From Alkanindiges illinoisensis DSM 15370 (GTDB lineage Bacteria > Pseudomonadota > Gammaproteobacteria > Pseudomonadales > Moraxellaceae): DNA of 32,000 bases. Position 1 is the stretch's first letter, and the number at the start of each line of letters is the position of its first letter. The notes beneath the pieces are model-generated. The model did no database searches, was not told where the DNA came from, and saw nothing but the letters and a program-made list of their open reading frames with translations. Positions 1 to 8,224 of this stretch are shown here, in pieces. The stretch is taken from NCBI RefSeq assembly GCF_000619845.1, contig NZ_KK211037.1:1-32000 (forward strand), written 5' to 3'. Position numbers and translations under genes: made by a program.

Positions 1-104
1 TCAAAATGCTGGCGGTGCACAGTCTGGGCAGTAAACAGCAGGTCATTAAACGGCTGTCCATAAATCTGCGCCACTTCACCTCGTGTCCAGTCTGTGCGTT
101 GCAT
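1..104 (-). CDS. bioB: biotin synthase, N-terminal fragment (gene continues past the left edge)
   Basis: Minus-strand ATG at 104..102. Translation [34 protein letters not shown] resembles the conserved BioB N-terminus (E. coli ...LLDLLFEAQQVHRQHF). Absent from the ORF track because the window edge truncates it. It starts 6 nt after the stop of the upstream SCP2 gene. Confidence 0.75.
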   Translation of the reverse strand, partial: MQRTDWTRGEVAQIYGQPFNDLLFTAQTVHRQHF

Positions 105-110
105 GAAAAC

Positions 111-599
111 TTATCCTTTTAAAGCTGCTTTCTTGTCCATGATAAAACGCTGTGCCTGCTTGATTTTTTTCAGCACAGGTTTTGGAATGTTGGGGGCAAT
201 CAGCTTGGCCGCCTGGTTAAACCACATCAGTAAGGAAAAATCACCTTCCATCTGGATTTTGCCAGACTGCATGCCGGTCATAAATACAGTGGGATCACCT
301 TTTAACAGGGTTTGTACTGCAAACAGGCTATCTTCAAAACGCAAGGTAAAATCCGGCTTGGCTGCTGTGCCTGATGCCATTTTGACGTGTTCATCCTGAA
401 TAATAAAATGGCGAGAAATACCATTTTTGCTTTCCAGCTGTAAGGTGAAGTTACGGCCATGCAGCAGTTCAATAAACTTGGGGCTGGTTTTGGACAGTTG
501 CTGCATGCGCAGGCCTAAAGCCACCAGTAGCAGATCAAACGGATCGGTGCTGACATTAATCAGGGGTAACTTGATAACGGGAAGGGATGATAGATTCAT
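111..599 (-). CDS. SCP2 sterol-binding-domain protein (YhbT/UbiT-like fold; exact role unknown)
   Basis: 162 aa ORF. The C-terminal pattern PDFTLRF..LLKGDPTVFMTGMQSGKIQMEGDFSLLMWF is typical of SCP2 domains. An AAGAG Shine-Dalgarno lies 7 nt before the ATG. The overlapping plus-strand ORF 94..399 has no recognisable features. Confidence 0.6.
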   Translation of the reverse strand: MNLSSLPVIKLPLINVSTDPFDLLLVALGLRMQQLSKTSPKFIELLHGRNFTLQLESKNGISRHFIIQDEHVKMASGTAAKPDFTLRFEDSLFAVQTLLKGDPTVFMTGMQSGKIQMEGDFSLLMWFNQAAKLIAPNIPKPVLKKIKQAQRFIMDKKAALKG

Positions 600-837
600 G
601 ATTTAACTCTTGATATTTAAATTCTGGCAAATAGCTGATAATCACTATGGCTTGCATGCTAGCGCCTGTGGCTAGCCTTTGCAATGAATTGACAAGTCAA
701 AAATGAAGCAAGCCAAATGAACCAGCAGGGTGCTTTATCATGCTATCAACCAAACCCGCAGGCTAGGTGATAAGTTTTTCATTTATGTTGTTTTTTTTAA
801 GTCTATTTTTCTAACATTTCACTCAAAATAACTGGCT

Positions 838-889
838 CATGCTGGCTTAACGGGGTCATTGGCCCATTGGCCACAGTTAAGCCAGCATG
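838..889 (-). terminator. candidate terminator hairpin after the small membrane-protein gene
   Basis: Perfect 14 bp inverted repeat: catgctggcttaac (838..851) and gttaagccagcatg (876..889), with a 24 nt loop. It sits 8 nt past the stop at 897 and is followed on the minus strand by AGCCAGUUAUUUUGAG. The loop is long for a classical intrinsic terminator. Confidence 0.4.
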
Positions 890-896
890 ATTGATC

Positions 897-1226
897 TTAG
901 TGACCTGACAGAGAGCCAAGGTCATCATCATACACTGGCGTATGTTCAATGCAGCGTTGCTGGGTTACCACAGACTGTTCATTGGTCGCAGCAAGCCAGG
1001 TGGCAAGCAATGCCAGTGCTGCACCTACGCCGGTCATATAACCCTGAAAATCGGTAAAACTAAACAGGTACTGGCTGCACACCCGGATAATTTCCAGGAA
1101 ACACCAGAACAGCATTCCTGCCAGCATGAAGCCCAGCCAGCGGCGATACGGAGAAAAGAATATGATGATCATGCCCAAGGCCACCAGACCACCACCAATC
1201 ATTGTGCTCATTTCACCATTTAACAT
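897..1226 (-). CDS. small integral membrane protein, unknown function (about 3 TM segments)
   Basis: 109 aa ORF with a strong AGGAGG 7 nt upstream of the ATG and hydrophobic stretches (GGGLVALGMIIIFF, LGFMLAGMLFWCFL, GVGAALALLATWLAA). I recognise no family. Confidence 0.6.
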   Translation of the reverse strand: MLNGEMSTMIGGGLVALGMIIIFFSPYRRWLGFMLAGMLFWCFLEIIRVCSQYLFSFTDFQGYMTGVGAALALLATWLAATNEQSVVTQQRCIEHTPVYDDDLGSLSGH

Positions 1227-1850
1227 GATGAACCCTCCTGTACGGGTGTGCGGGACACCGTAATCTAAGTTGTTGCACTATTGTGCAGCATGACATCACC
1301 ACCAGACCCCATGTTGTGCTGCAACAATGCGTTTTCAGGTTTTGTTTATCTGTTTTTAAGTAGCGTTAATTTAATTAGCAGCTATTTTTTCAGTAACTCA
1401 CCCTCATGACGTGGCAGGCTTCCCGGCGAATTATCATCTAATAATACAAGATGCCAGTTAAGGCAAAATGCCGGTAAAACCAGAAATGCTGCGTCATGGC
1501 GCTATTATGCGTAACTGCATAAATTTGAAAAGAGGTTAAAATGCCTATTGCGTCATGGAGTGACGCGTAGGCTAAATGTCATTACATTTTTACAGGCTTC
1601 AAAGCTTAAAAAAGCACTTATGTAACTGGATTTGCCTGTCATTACATTCACTGACCAGCAAAAAATTGCCAAAATATTTTTTTTAAGGGTGAAGCAGTCA
1701 TTTGATTATTTTATTAGCAATGAGCACGTTACGCGATTTATGACAAAATATTAAAATGGATTGTAACCGTTCTGAAACCAATAAAAATATTGTGTAAAAA
1801 ATAATCAGTTTCAGAACGTAAAAACCTTATAGTCTATGTAGATTAAAGGT

Positions 1851-3065
1851 TTACAAATCTTTATCACGAACGCCAAGCAGATATAATATTCCGTCTAGAC
1901 CCACGCTGGAGATGGCCTGACGTGCATTTTCCCGTACTAATGGCTTGGCACGAAATGCTACCCCTAGTCCGGCAATGGACAGCATGGGCAAGTCATTGGC
2001 ACCATCTCCTACGGCAATCACCTGTTGCAGGCTGATGCCATGCTTTTCGGCCAGTTCACGCAGTAATTCAGCCTTGCGGTTGCCATCCACCACCTGCCCA
2101 ATCACTTCACCGGTGACAATGCCATCCACGACATCCAGCTGGTTGGCATACACTTCATCAATGCCTAGCTTGCGCTGTAGCATCTCAGCAAAATACTGGA
2201 AACCACCCGATAAAATCGCTGTGCGATAGCCCAGTGCCTTCAGCGTGGCAATCAGCCGTTCAGTGCCTTCAGTGATGGTCAGGCGTGCGGCAATTTTTTC
2301 CAGCACTTGGGTGTCCAGCCCTTTGAGCAATGCCACCCGTGCGGCAAAACTTTGCTTAAAGTCTAGCTCACCCTGCATTGCACGTTCGGTTATTTCAGCA
2401 ACCTGTGGGCCAACCCCGGCTTCCAGCGCCAGCTCATCAATGACTTCCTGCTCAATTAAGGTAGAGTCCATGTCAAAGCACACCAGCCGACGGTTGCGGC
2501 GATAGGCATTGTCTTCCTGCACAGCAATATCAATCGACAGGTTAGTGCTCAGTTTCAGACAATCGGCACGCAGCGCCTGTGCATCCAGTAGCTGACCGCT
2601 TAAGCCAAATTCCACACAGGCCTTGCGATGCTGCTCGCTATCACTGTCATCCATGCCCAGACGGCCAGATAAACGGGTAACAGTTTCAATGTTGAAGCCA
2701 TGCTGGGAAATAATTTGCGTAACAGCCTGCAAATGTGCCGCGGTCAATTCACGTGATAGCACTGTCACAATATATTTGGTTCTGCCGCCTTCTTTGACCC
2801 AGTGCTGGTATTCCTCAAAACTAATCGGTTTAAAGTACAAGGTCAGGCCAATTTCGTGTGCCAGCAACAGCATGTCTTTCATGGCCAGCGCGGCCTGAGT
2901 GGGCTGATCACTGGCCACCACAATGCCCAGCGTCAGTTGGTTATGGATGACCGCTTGTCCGACATCTAAAATATCCAATTGATGGGTGGTCAACACCTGC
3001 ATCATTCGGTTAAATTGGTTAGGTTGATCAGGGCCTAAAAAAGAGATAAGAATTATTTCACGCAT
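1851..3065 (-). CDS. serB: phosphoserine phosphatase with N-terminal ACT-like regulatory domains
   Basis: 404 aa. HAD motif I is FDMDSTLI, followed by the downstream GGF and GDGANDL motifs. The long N-terminal extension resembles Pseudomonas/Acinetobacter-type SerB. Confidence 0.9.
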   Translation of the reverse strand: MREIILISFLGPDQPNQFNRMMQVLTTHQLDILDVGQAVIHNQLTLGIVVASDQPTQAALAMKDMLLLAHEIGLTLYFKPISFEEYQHWVKEGGRTKYIVTVLSRELTAAHLQAVTQIISQHGFNIETVTRLSGRLGMDDSDSEQHRKACVEFGLSGQLLDAQALRADCLKLSTNLSIDIAVQEDNAYRRNRRLVCFDMDSTLIEQEVIDELALEAGVGPQVAEITERAMQGELDFKQSFAARVALLKGLDTQVLEKIAARLTITEGTERLIATLKALGYRTAILSGGFQYFAEMLQRKLGIDEVYANQLDVVDGIVTGEVIGQVVDGNRKAELLRELAEKHGISLQQVIAVGDGANDLPMLSIAGLGVAFRAKPLVRENARQAISSVGLDGILYLLGVRDKDL

Positions 3066-3152
3066 TAATCGTCTCAGGCTTGAGAAGCAAGTCGTGTAGA
3101 ATCATAATCTATTTGTCATCCATTTGCCTGTTTACACAGTAGGAACTTTCAC

Positions 3153-4469
3153 TTGAACGCGCCTCGCCAAGGGCTGTATGCCAGCCTGCTGATTATTAGT
3201 TTTGCCGTGCATGTCATCCTGATGGTGCATACGACCAACCACCAGCTGAGTCATACACGCGCCATTCAGGGCGATTTAATGACACGACAGCTGGCCGATG
3301 ACAGCCTTGCCATGCTGGCACCAGTGGATACGGTGTCGCTGGCATTAATGGCCAATCGCTACACCAGCCGTCCCGATGTAGCATCCTTAAAAATCATGGC
3401 TGCGGATGGCCGGGTGCTGACCAGCAGTGGCAATGCGCCCACACGCTCAGGTGAGGTCTTTAAAAAGAAAGTCTTGCTGGATCAAAAGAGCATTGGGCAA
3501 ATTGAACTCACGCTGATTCAGCCCAGCATTGGTGAAATGATTCGTACCCAGTGGCTACCTATATTGCTGTCATTAATCACGCATCTGTTACTGTGGCTAT
3601 TGTATCGCGTGGTAGCGCGTCCAACCCGGCGCGAATATCTGGCGACACTGGCGCGTGAGCAGCAATTGCAGGAACAACTGCTAGCTTTAAAACTGCATGC
3701 AGAACAGGCACAGAAAAATGCAGTGATGGCACGGGCAATGGCCAATCCTGCTGAAATCCCGAAACCTGCTCAAGCCAGCTCTAGCAACGATGGCTCAACG
3801 ACAGAAACACAGGACAGTGCATTTATCCTGCGGATTGGTTTTGTTGACCCCAAGCAATTGCTGGGCACTTTAAGTCCCGGCCTGGCGCGTCCGTATTTTA
3901 GTTTGTGCCAGACCTTGCTGGAACAGGCAATCCAGCAAAACCGCCAGCATTTTGATGCGCTAGGCGGCAAGCCGGTAGAATGTAAAATCGTACAGCCGTT
4001 TGGCGAAAGTGGCGCGATTGTGAGTGCATCAGGCAACAATCCGCAAAGTGCGCTATTTTTGGCCCAATTGGCGCAGTTGTTTAACTTGCTGACCGAAGTG
4101 GTGTATCGCCGCCACCGTGACATCAAGCGCTTTGCCTTGCATACCCGCACGGCGCTGGCTGAGCCGCAACACAACCAGCCTGCGCAGGCACTGGCACAAA
4201 GCCTGATTCATCAGGTTGATGCCAACCAGCTGGCCGTGCACTTAACCGATGATCAGGTGTTGAACCTGCAACAGTATTTCCAGCTATCCCCGTTTGATAG
4301 CCCAACCGATGCCCAAACCCGTGAAGCATTACTGGTCACGGCTATGAATGTTGAGGGAGCGCGGTTTGTCAGCAAAGCCCGTGAACGGATTCTGGCCGGA
4401 GATAAGCCCGCCAGTCGCCCAGTTGTACAGCAGCCCCAAACTGATGCCACAGCAGAACTGGAAGACTAA
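3153..4469 (+). CDS. AhpA/YtjB (Smp)-family membrane protein with a long C-terminal extension
   Basis: TTG start with AGGAA 7 nt upstream; the next ATG would remove TM1. Layout is TM1 (LYASLLIISFAVHVILMV), a ~110 aa periplasmic segment, TM2 (WLPILLSLITHLLLWLLY), then a Q/A-rich coiled segment and ~220 further residues. The layout and the divergent position next to serB match E. coli ytjB(smp)-serB. Confidence 0.6.
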   Translation: MNAPRQGLYASLLIISFAVHVILMVHTTNHQLSHTRAIQGDLMTRQLADDSLAMLAPVDTVSLALMANRYTSRPDVASLKIMAADGRVLTSSGNAPTRSGEVFKKKVLLDQKSIGQIELTLIQPSIGEMIRTQWLPILLSLITHLLLWLLYRVVARPTRREYLATLAREQQLQEQLLALKLHAEQAQKNAVMARAMANPAEIPKPAQASSSNDGSTTETQDSAFILRIGFVDPKQLLGTLSPGLARPYFSLCQTLLEQAIQQNRQHFDALGGKPVECKIVQPFGESGAIVSASGNNPQSALFLAQLAQLFNLLTEVVYRRHRDIKRFALHTRTALAEPQHNQPAQALAQSLIHQVDANQLAVHLTDDQVLNLQQYFQLSPFDSPTDAQTREALLVTAMNVEGARFVSKARERILAGDKPASRPVVQQPQTDATAELED

Positions 4470-4517
4470 CGGGCTAATTGCAACTACCTAGAACCAGGCT
4501 GCAATAACAATGAGTTT

Positions 4518-4551
4518 AAAAAAAGCCAGTTTCAAGTAGACTGGCTTTTTT
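4518..4551. terminator. bidirectional intrinsic terminator between convergent genes
   Basis: aaaaaaaGCCAGTttcaagtagACTGGCtttttt. A 6 bp GC-rich stem is flanked by an A-run on one side and a T-run on the other. It lies between the stops at 4469 (+) and 4590 (-). Confidence 0.8.
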
Positions 4552-4589
4552 AATGAATAGTCTGGACATGAGCAGACTAAAAACAGGCT

Positions 4590-5162
4590 TTAAGGTGATT
4601 TAAACAAAAACACACTGATGCCAATCAGCAGGAAAATCAGCGCGGCAATCCGGTGAATCAGGCTGATGGGCAGACGTCCCGCCAAACGGTCACCAATAAA
4701 AACAGCCGGTGCATTGGCAATCATCATGCCAAGTGTCGTGCCAGCCAGCACCAGCATTAGACTGTCAAAACGTGCAGCCAGTGCCACCGTGGCAATCTGG
4801 GTTTTATCACCAATTTCAGCCAGAAAAAACAGCACAAAAGTGGCGCCAAATACACCAAAGCGCTGCCAGCGGCCAATACTGTCTTCTTCATCATCCAGTT
4901 TGTCGGGAATCAGCATCCAGCCAGCCATGGCAATAAAGGAAATGCCCAGAATCCAGCGCAATACTTCGGCATTTAAAAAATCGGCAAGCCATGCTCCCAA
5001 GGCTGCAGCCAGGGCATGGTTAAACAGGGTGGCCAGTAAAATGGCAATCAGGATTGGCAGCGGCTGGCGATAGCGGGCAGCAAGCAATAAAGCAAGGAGC
5101 TGGGTCTTGTCGCCCATTTCTGCAAGCGCCACAAGGCCGGTAGAAATCAAAAAGGCATTCAT
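4590..5162 (-). CDS. UPF0016 / GDT1 (TMEM165) family cation transporter, candidate Mn2+ exporter (MneA-like)
   Basis: Two copies of the family signature E-x-G-D-K-T (AEMGDKTQ and AEIGDKTQ), each opening a 3-TM half. I prefer the ATG at 5162 (MNAFLIS...). The ORF track uses a GTG at 5183. Neither start has a good SD. Confidence 0.85.
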   Translation of the reverse strand: MNAFLISTGLVALAEMGDKTQLLALLLAARYRQPLPILIAILLATLFNHALAAALGAWLADFLNAEVLRWILGISFIAMAGWMLIPDKLDDEEDSIGRWQRFGVFGATFVLFFLAEIGDKTQIATVALAARFDSLMLVLAGTTLGMMIANAPAVFIGDRLAGRLPISLIHRIAALIFLLIGISVFLFKSP

Positions 5163-5264
5163 GGTGAGGTTCCGGGCTGGCACAATAAACCAGTGATTTT
5201 ATCTTTTGCCAGCCCAGACGTGCCGCACCAGTCCAGAATGATTGGACTAGCGTGAAACAAAGAT

Positions 5265-5470
5265 AAAATCAAAGGTCTTGCCAGTCCTGCCGGATAATAG
5301 CTGTACGATGCTTGAGGCAAACATCTGCATTATTCCAGCAGCAGGATTACAGCCGCCATGCCAGTTCAGCCCAGATAGTGTGGCTGTTAAGCAAGTATGT
5401 TGACGACTGCCAGTGTGAACCTTTAAAAGGCCAACACTGCGGCTACTCCCCAGTGATGGCTCATTATAGA
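5265..5470 (-). promoter_or_regulatory. yybP-ykoY (Mn2+-sensing) riboswitch-like leader of the UPF0016 gene
   Basis: The minus-strand RNA carries three motifs: CACUGGGGAGUAGCC (5441..5451), GGCAGUCGUCAACAUAC (5395..5408) and UGGCAAGACCUUUGAU (5271..5280). These match the L1 GGGGAGUAG, L3 AGUCGUCAA and closing GCAAGACCUUU elements I recall from the L. lactis and E. coli Mn2+ riboswitches. A TATAAT (5463..5468, minus) sits just upstream with TTGTTT 18 nt before it. Identification is from motifs read by eye, not a covariance model. Confidence 0.7.
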
Positions 5471-5746
5471 ACAACCCAGACTGATAAAACAAATCAAGAT
5501 GACCGGGAAAATGCAGCCAAAAACCGTAAGCGGTTTAAGCGCTATTATAAAATGCCTGTACATTTTGCAGCATAAAGGCGTTCAGACGCTGTGATGCTAA
5601 CCAGTGCGTTAACATGAAAATAAGAATATGTCGACTAAAGTTGGGCAAAACAGCGAAAAAATCGGTAGAATAGCCCGCCAAACGTTTTTTTAATCCAGTG
5701 CAAGCCTTAACAATGCACCGGATAGTTTTTTATCAAGGTAAATTTC

Positions 5747-6853
5747 ATGCAGCTCAACAGCGTTGAAGAGCTAATTGCCGACATCCGTGCCGGTCGTATG
5801 GTCATTCTAATGGATGACGAAGACCGTGAGAATGAAGGCGACCTCATCATGGCCGCCAGCCATGTGCGTCCGGAAGACATTAACTTCATGATCACGCATG
5901 CGCGCGGTCTGGTGTGTCTGACCTTAAGCAAGGAACGCTGCCAGCAGCTGGATTTACCGCTGATGGTGGAGCGCAATGGCGCCCAGCATGGCACCAATTT
6001 TACCCTGTCCATTGAAGCCGCTGAAGGTATATCCACTGGAATTTCGGCAGCCGAGCGGGCACGTACCGTACAGGCCGCGGTAGCCCCACTGGCCAAGCCA
6101 ACGGATATTGTACAGCCGGGCCATATTTTTCCATTAATGGCGCAGCCAGGTGGCGTACTGCATCGGGCAGGTCACACTGAAGCAGGCTGTGATCTGGCGC
6201 GACTGGCGGGTCTTGAGCCAGCCTCGGTCATTTGTGAAATTATCAATGAAGATGGCGAGATGGCACGCCGTCCTGACCTTGAAGTGTTTGCGCAAAAACA
6301 TGGCATCAAGATTGGCACCATTGCTGACCTGATTCATTACCGCATGACCAATGAGCAAACCATTGAGTGTCTGGATGAGCAGCAACTGGATACCGAATAT
6401 GGCCAGTTCCGTTTGCGTCGCTACCGCGAATTAGGCAGTCCCGACATTCATGTTGCATTAATTAAAGGCAACCCGGCGGAAGGCGTGAGCACCGTACGCG
6501 TGCATGGCTTTAATCCGGTGCGTGATTTGCTGCATGTACAGCAGGAGACATCCGCATGGCATCTTGACAGCATTTTAAAAACCATTGCTGGCAGTGAGCG
6601 TGGTGTGCTGGTGTGGATTGGTCAGCCGGTACTGGAAGATTTGGGTACAGCACTGGCGAATATTGCTAAACAGGATGGCAAACCTTCTTCCAAGGCCTTG
6701 TCGCAGCAATACCGCACCATTGGTGTGGGTGCACAGATTTTGCGTGATGTTGGGGTGCAACAGATGCGCCTGCTGAGTTCACCACTGCGCTTTAATGCTC
6801 TGTCCGGTTTTGATCTGGAAGTGGTGGAGTATTTGGCACCTGAGCGAGGATAA
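5747..6853 (+). CDS. ribBA: 3,4-dihydroxy-2-butanone-4-phosphate synthase fused to a GTP cyclohydrolase II-like domain
   Basis: 368 aa. The N-terminal half has the DHBP synthase motifs ([15 protein letters not shown]). The C-terminal half aligns to RibA but lacks its zinc cysteines (see finding). Confidence 0.9.
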   Translation: MQLNSVEELIADIRAGRMVILMDDEDRENEGDLIMAASHVRPEDINFMITHARGLVCLTLSKERCQQLDLPLMVERNGAQHGTNFTLSIEAAEGISTGISAAERARTVQAAVAPLAKPTDIVQPGHIFPLMAQPGGVLHRAGHTEAGCDLARLAGLEPASVICEIINEDGEMARRPDLEVFAQKHGIKIGTIADLIHYRMTNEQTIECLDEQQLDTEYGQFRLRRYRELGSPDIHVALIKGNPAEGVSTVRVHGFNPVRDLLHVQQETSAWHLDSILKTIAGSERGVLVWIGQPVLEDLGTALANIAKQDGKPSSKALSQQYRTIGVGAQILRDVGVQQMRLLSSPLRFNALSGFDLEVVEYLAPERG

Positions 6854-7064
6854 GCAGCGATTGATAATCGCTGCCCGAGCGCAAGAGAAAATCTATGATT
6901 TTCTGTGAGGATAAATCGGAGCACTGTTCCGTCCGAGCGCAAGATGAGCAGCTGCGCTGCGAGTTTGAAGATAAAGCGGAGCGCTACGCCTTGCGACATA
7001 TATGTCTCAGATGCTGCGAGTGATGAGAAACATATTTCGCAAGTGTGGTTTTCTGTCAGGCTAA
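6844..7064. repeat. degenerate tandem repeat, ~55-61 bp period, starting inside the last codons of ribBA
   Basis: GA(G/A)GATAA recurs at 6846, 6907 and 6967, with weaker copies at 7022, 7057 and 7133. CCGAGCGCAAGA is at 6875 and 6933. GCTGCGAGT is at about 6957 and 7013. (G/A)TTTTCTGT(G/C)AGG is at 6897 and 7047. Confidence 0.65.
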
Positions 7065-7156
7065 AGCGCTGCCTTAAGGGCAATGCAGATGTTCTGCATT
7101 AAGTATCGTGAAGCCTTGCTTCACAGCATGCAGAGATAAATCATCTTGTTTCGTAA

Positions 7157-7193
7157 CTTTACTTTCAATGCGCTTAAAGCGTGGAAAGTAAAG
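7157..7193. other. strong hairpin upstream of ribH (10 bp outer stem)
   Basis: ctttactttc (7157..7166) pairs perfectly with gaaagtaaag (7184..7193) and encloses the palindrome cgcttaaagcg. No U-tract follows on either strand, so it is not a classical terminator. Confidence 0.5.
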
Positions 7194-7251
7194 CCAGCTT
7201 GATCAGGCATTTACATTATTAACTGGTTATTAATCAATTTTGAGGTTAAAC

Positions 7252-7722
7252 ATGAGCATTCGTACTGTTGAAGGTCAGTTGCATCAGGGCAGTGAAGACC
7301 GTTATGCCATTCTGGTGGGCCGTTTTAACAGCTTTGTGGTCGAGCATTTGCTGGACGGCGCTGTAGATATGCTAAAACGACACGGCGTGAATGAAGCCAA
7401 TATTACGATTGTGCGTGCACCAGGTGCCTGGGAATTGCCTGTTGTGGCCAAAAAGCTGGCCGCCAGTAGCCAGTATGATGCCATTATTGCGTTGGGCGCT
7501 GTTATCCGTGGCAGCACCCCGCATTTTGACTTTGTGGCTGGTGAATGTGCCAAGGGTCTGGGCGTGGTGGGTCTGGAATATAGTCTGCCGGTGATTAACG
7601 GCGTACTGACCACTGACAGCATTGAACAGGCGATTGAACGCTCAGGAACCAAAGCCGGTAACAAGGGCAGTGAAGCCGCAGTCACTGCCATTGAAATGGT
7701 TAATTTGCTCAAGGCGATTTAA
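7252..7722 (+). CDS. ribH: 6,7-dimethyl-8-ribityllumazine synthase
   Basis: Typical RibH sequence ([37 protein letters not shown]). ATG at 7252 with GAGG 7 nt upstream. The track ORF starts 12 nt earlier at a TTG. Confidence 0.92.
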   Translation: MSIRTVEGQLHQGSEDRYAILVGRFNSFVVEHLLDGAVDMLKRHGVNEANITIVRAPGAWELPVVAKKLAASSQYDAIIALGAVIRGSTPHFDFVAGECAKGLGVVGLEYSLPVINGVLTTDSIEQAIERSGTKAGNKGSEAAVTAIEMVNLLKAI

Positions 7723-7726
7723 TGAC

Positions 7727-8185
7727 ATGAGTGAGCAGCAAGACAGCTTTAAGTATCCCACTACATTTGCTGCCAAACGCAAGGCACGTCGTTTTGCCTT
7801 GCAGGGCTTGTATGAATGGCAAATGACCCATAACCCGGTACATGAAATTGAAGCACGTACCCGTGCTGAAAATGCCATGCACAAGGTTGATATTGGCTAT
7901 TACCACCAGTTGTTAACGCAGGTGATCCAGCATACTACAGCACTGGATGAGCTGATTAAGCCATTGATTGATCGTGACTTAAGTGCGCTGGATGGTGTGG
8001 AACTGGCCACCTTGCGTCTGGGTGCGTTTGAGCTGCGTGACCGGCTTGAAGTGCCTTACCGGGTTGTGATAGATGAAGCCATTGAACTGGCCAAGCATTT
8101 TGGTGCAACTGATAGTCACAAGTATGTGAATGGGGTACTGGATCGATTGGCTCAGCAGTTACGGGCTGCCGAGAAAAACCAGTAA
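7727..8185 (+). CDS. nusB: transcription antitermination factor NusB
   Basis: 152 aa from the ATG at 7727. Motifs [12 protein letters not shown], ...LRLGAFEL... and KYVNGVLDR are typical NusB. The track ORF is extended upstream through the ribH 3-prime end. Confidence 0.92.
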   Translation: MSEQQDSFKYPTTFAAKRKARRFALQGLYEWQMTHNPVHEIEARTRAENAMHKVDIGYYHQLLTQVIQHTTALDELIKPLIDRDLSALDGVELATLRLGAFELRDRLEVPYRVVIDEAIELAKHFGATDSHKYVNGVLDRLAQQLRAAEKNQ

Positions 8186-8224
8186 AGGAAAGCCTGATTT
8201 TAAGGCATGATTTTGAGGCAGGAT

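Noticed and set aside
942-1223. A 93 aa plus-strand ORF opposite the small membrane-protein gene
   Set aside because: The minus-strand ORF has a consensus AGGAGG SD and coherent TM segments. The plus-strand product is His/Gln/Cys-rich nonsense with no SD.
1541-1570. A 9-codon mini-ORF (MPIASWSDA) with a good AAGAGG SD in the AT-rich gap
   Set aside because: No downstream plus-strand gene exists for it to act on as a leader peptide. It is too short to call without expression or conservation data.
3518-4450. A series of minus-strand ORFs (62-134 aa) inside the ytjB-like gene
   Set aside because: They are overlapping fragments in several frames, Cys/Arg/Ser-rich, antisense to a continuous 438-codon ORF with sensible topology. 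I treat them as shadow ORFs.
5247-5575. Track ORFs 5247..5492 (-) and 5312..5575 (+) in the UPF0016-ribBA intergenic region
   Set aside because: Both overlap the riboswitch-like leader and promoter region and have implausible sequences. The structured RNA explains the region better.
5493-5746. Possible FMN (RFN) riboswitch upstream of ribBA
   Set aside because: I looked for the conserved RFN core (GGGGUGAAAUUCCC..ACCGGCGGU..AGCCCGCG..CCGGA) on the plus strand and found nothing resembling it. Only a weak TTGGGC..TAGAAT promoter-like pair with poor spacing is present.
6844-7064. CRISPR-like periodicity (~60 bp) of the ribBA-ribH repeats
   Set aside because: The repeats are degenerate along their whole length, with no conserved repeat alternating with unique spacers. 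The first copy overlaps a gene end, and no cas genes are nearby.
6622-7083. A 153 aa minus-strand ORF spanning the ribBA 3-prime end and the repeat array
   Set aside because: It overlaps the well-supported ribBA coding region antisense. The rest of its length comes from the repetitive, stop-poor spacer. No SD and no family resemblance.
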